Source of the DNA: Candidatus Latescibacterota bacterium
Lineage (GTDB): Bacteria; Latescibacterota; CBDEFO01
DNA: 64,000 nucleotides
Reading direction: 5' to 3'
Assembly: GCA_965248755.1 (NCBI GenBank)
Contig: OZ252149.1
Coordinates: forward strand, 3,616,001-3,680,000
Shown here one piece after another: positions 61,787 to 64,000 of this stretch. Every line of letters starts with the position of its first letter. The first letter of the stretch is position 1. The translations under genes were made by a program, and so were the position numbers. The notes below the pieces were generated by a model. That model was given only the letters and a program-made list of their open reading frames with translations, was not told where the DNA came from and ran no database searches.

Positions 61787-63310
61787 TCATAGTGCCTCTA
61801 ACACCCACTTTGATACCCATCTATCCGTAATCAAAGGAGAACTAGCCATAGTTAATTTAAGCCAATGCTTTTTTTCATCCCCCGGCAGAATATGAGCAGC
61901 ATATAAAATTGCTCTTCGATCCAAGTTGCCAACAGAAAAAATATCTGCTTTTTTATTTCTGACCCAACTCAAATCTTTGATAGTCACTGCAGCTCGCGCT
62001 TGATTTACAACGTTAGGTCCATTCATAACAAAAGCTTTTAGACTTCTATCGGACATTATCTTTTCATTTCGACTTAAATACCACTCAAACCAAAACCTAA
62101 CTAAATCTTGGTTCATAATTGGTGAGTCTGCCACCTTCCTTAAAGCGGAAATATGCTCATCAAGAAGGGCATCATCAGTAACCCTATCTAGATACAAGCA
62201 GACATCATTGATGACTGGTGCAAAAAATTCAAATTTATCAAGTAGTGTTTCAGCAAGCTCTGAGTATCCGTAGCTTCTTGCTTTTCTAATAAGACTCCTA
62301 GACAGACCTAGGTCTAAGTAATCTCGACTCAGAACCTTTTTTGCAGTTAGCTGTATTATTTCGTGCGCTTTTTCCTCGTCATCCTCAATCGGTACTTCAA
62401 TTTTTTGCTCTTCCCCAGAGTAAGGGTTAAATACCTCTAATGTTTTAAATAATTCAAGTTTTTCTATTTCGTAGCGGTTATGAAGAATTTCTTCAACGTA
62501 AGTTGGGCATTCTGTAATTCTTGTTTTTTCTGATGATAACGTGAGACGATGATTTTCATATAGGTACAGAGTTAGTCTGTCCAGAATTTCAAGTAGCTCC
62601 TCTTTTGAGTCCGAAAATATTCGGAAATCATCAACATACCTTATATGATCTACGCCTTTTCCTATTAGAAAATTATCAATATCAATAAATATTGCCTCTG
62701 ACATGATAATGCTTGCGGCTGGCCCAACAGGAACACCTTGTGAAGCCTTGGTATTTAATTTTAAGAAGAATTGTTCAATGTCGTCAGCTATTGGTTTTAA
62801 TTGAGGAGAAGCAAATTCGATAGCGTTATTTAGTCGATGCAGATATATCTGGTTATAGAAATCTGTAATATCAGTTACCAAAATGTATTGAAAACTAGTG
62901 GTTAGCTGTTCAGATCTTCTGGTAAATGCATCAAAACCATTACCAGATGCAAAGAAGCTACCACCATCTAAATGGATTCTATATGAATATGCCACATGCT
63001 GACCTATTGGAACCCGAGCATTTTCTATATCTTCGGCTATTTGATATGCCAACGCTGTATATACGATTGCATTCAATGGTTCTAATTGGTGTACTACCCT
63101 GAATGTTCCATCGGGTTTAAATGAAGTTTTTGTTACTAGAGGAAGAACCCAGTGTTTTTCTACGTTCTTGGATTTTAGCTCAGCCTTTACCTCATCCCAG
63201 CTATGCCATAGCGCATCATATTCTAAGGCCTTCGGAAAGAAATCTGAGGCGTAAAACTTTTGAATATGCTCCTTGGCAAATTCAAGAGAATCGTCTGTCA
63301 ATATACTCAT
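61787..63310 (-). CDS. Reverse transcriptase of UG/DRT (defence-associated) type with helical C-terminus
   Basis: KPDGTFR; DITDFYNQIYLHRL; QGVPVGPAAS; RYVDD; LSSEKT; AT-rich; no maturase, Cas1 or retron VTG motif seen. Confidence 0.88.
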   Translation of the reverse strand: MSILTDDSLEFAKEHIQKFYASDFFPKALEYDALWHSWDEVKAELKSKNVEKHWVLPLVTKTSFKPDGTFRVVHQLEPLNAIVYTALAYQIAEDIENARVPIGQHVAYSYRIHLDGGSFFASGNGFDAFTRRSEQLTTSFQYILVTDITDFYNQIYLHRLNNAIEFASPQLKPIADDIEQFFLKLNTKASQGVPVGPAASIIMSEAIFIDIDNFLIGKGVDHIRYVDDFRIFSDSKEELLEILDRLTLYLYENHRLTLSSEKTRITECPTYVEEILHNRYEIEKLELFKTLEVFNPYSGEEQKIEVPIEDDEEKAHEIIQLTAKKVLSRDYLDLGLSRSLIRKARSYGYSELAETLLDKFEFFAPVINDVCLYLDRVTDDALLDEHISALRKVADSPIMNQDLVRFWFEWYLSRNEKIMSDRSLKAFVMNGPNVVNQARAAVTIKDLSWVRNKKADIFSVGNLDRRAILYAAHILPGDEKKHWLKLTMASSPLITDRWVSKWVLEAL

Positions 63311-63326
63311 ATCTTTCCTTGTTGAC

Positions 63327-63510
63327 TTCTAACTAGGGCTTATACAGTTTTCTATGCTATGAACCTATATACAGCTATTTGAGCTATATAAGACCCCACT
63401 GAAATGTTAAGAAAAAACCTGTAATATTAAAAATATCATTCTGTTAAGTCATAATTACCATAAGTTTTGTAGGAATTATATACAGACTGTATAAAACCCA
63501 AATTCAACGT
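63327..63510 (-). other. Inverted-repeat-bounded AT-rich platform upstream of the RT (attI-like and/or structured ncRNA)
   Basis: GGGTTTTATACAGT ... ACTGTATAAGCCC-TA-GTTAGAA; internal hairpins. Confidence 0.5.
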
Positions 63511-63516
63511 CATTTC

Positions 63517-64000
63517 CTACAGATTCAGCTCCCTGATGATCTCTATCACCCTCTTTTGGATACTCTCTGTCTTGACTTTCTCCACCTCTTTGGTTGACCT
63601 GTGCCTGACCTCAACGATACCCTCTTTCAGACCGCGCTCCCCGATTGTGAGCCTTATGGGGATGCCTAAAAGGTCAGCGTCTTTGAACTTGGTTCCGGGT
63701 CTTTCGTCTCTGTCGTCAAAAAGGACGTCGAAGCCTTCGGACTGGAGGTCGCAATATATCTTTTCTGAAATGTCCAGAGTCTCTCTGTGCGAGACGTTCA
63801 CAGGCAATATGTGGACATGATAAGGCGCGATTGAGATAGGCCAGACGATTCCGTCCTCATCTGCGTCCTGGTCTATGACAGCCGCCATTACCCTTTCGAG
63901 GCCAATTCCGTAGCTGCCCATAACTATGGGTTTGGCCCGCCCCTTTGAGTCGAGGAAGGTGGCCCCTAAAGCCTTCGAGTACTTGGTGCCCAGTTTGAAT
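63517..64000 (-). CDS. proS: Proline--tRNA ligase, 3' part
   Basis: MGSYGIGLER; WPISIAPY; DDRDERPGTKFKDADLLGIP. Confidence 0.95.
   Translation of the reverse strand, partial: FKLGTKYSKALGATFLDSKGRAKPIVMGSYGIGLERVMAAVIDQDADEDGIVWPISIAPYHVHILPVNVSHRETLDISEKIYCDLQSEGFDVLFDDRDERPGTKFKDADLLGIPIRLTIGERGLKEGIVEVRHRSTKEVEKVKTESIQKRVIEIIRELNL

Noticed and set aside
61787..63310. RT as a retron or group II intron
   Set aside because: No VTG motif in region 7, no maturase/endonuclease domain or intron ends, and no adjacent effector gene.

Overview
64 kb bacterial chromosomal window. Lineage hints are a C-terminal AVEPATWGKIK motif and a DFDGNNEVDLADF dockerin-like tail, which suggest a Latescibacterota/Poribacteria-like organism (inference). 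Housekeeping blocks are lpxH, rluD-lspA-dksA-like-ileS-punA-yggU-divIVA-yggT-yggS, pgm-rsmD-coaD and the 3' end of proS. Accessory DNA is interleaved with them: (1) a phage/plasmid-like rep-xis remnant with intragenic iterons; (2) integron relics, namely an intI C-terminal fragment, attI-like ACTGTATAA..GTTAGA platforms and two attC sites; (3) a 507-aa defence-type (UG/DRT-like) reverse transcriptase packaged as an apparent integron cassette behind a ~185 bp inverted-repeat platform; (4) six copies of one IS3-family element that disrupt a PD-(D/E)XK nuclease and a UvrD/GajB-like helicase, with swapped target duplications around the helicase; (5) several families of small palindromic repeats. 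One is a ~21 bp CCCCGATTGAATCTATCGGGG element that is present in two IS copies, absent from three, nests in itself and other repeats, and sits in-frame in proteins. No rRNA, tRNA or CRISPR array was seen. All calls come from reading the sequence; no searches were run.
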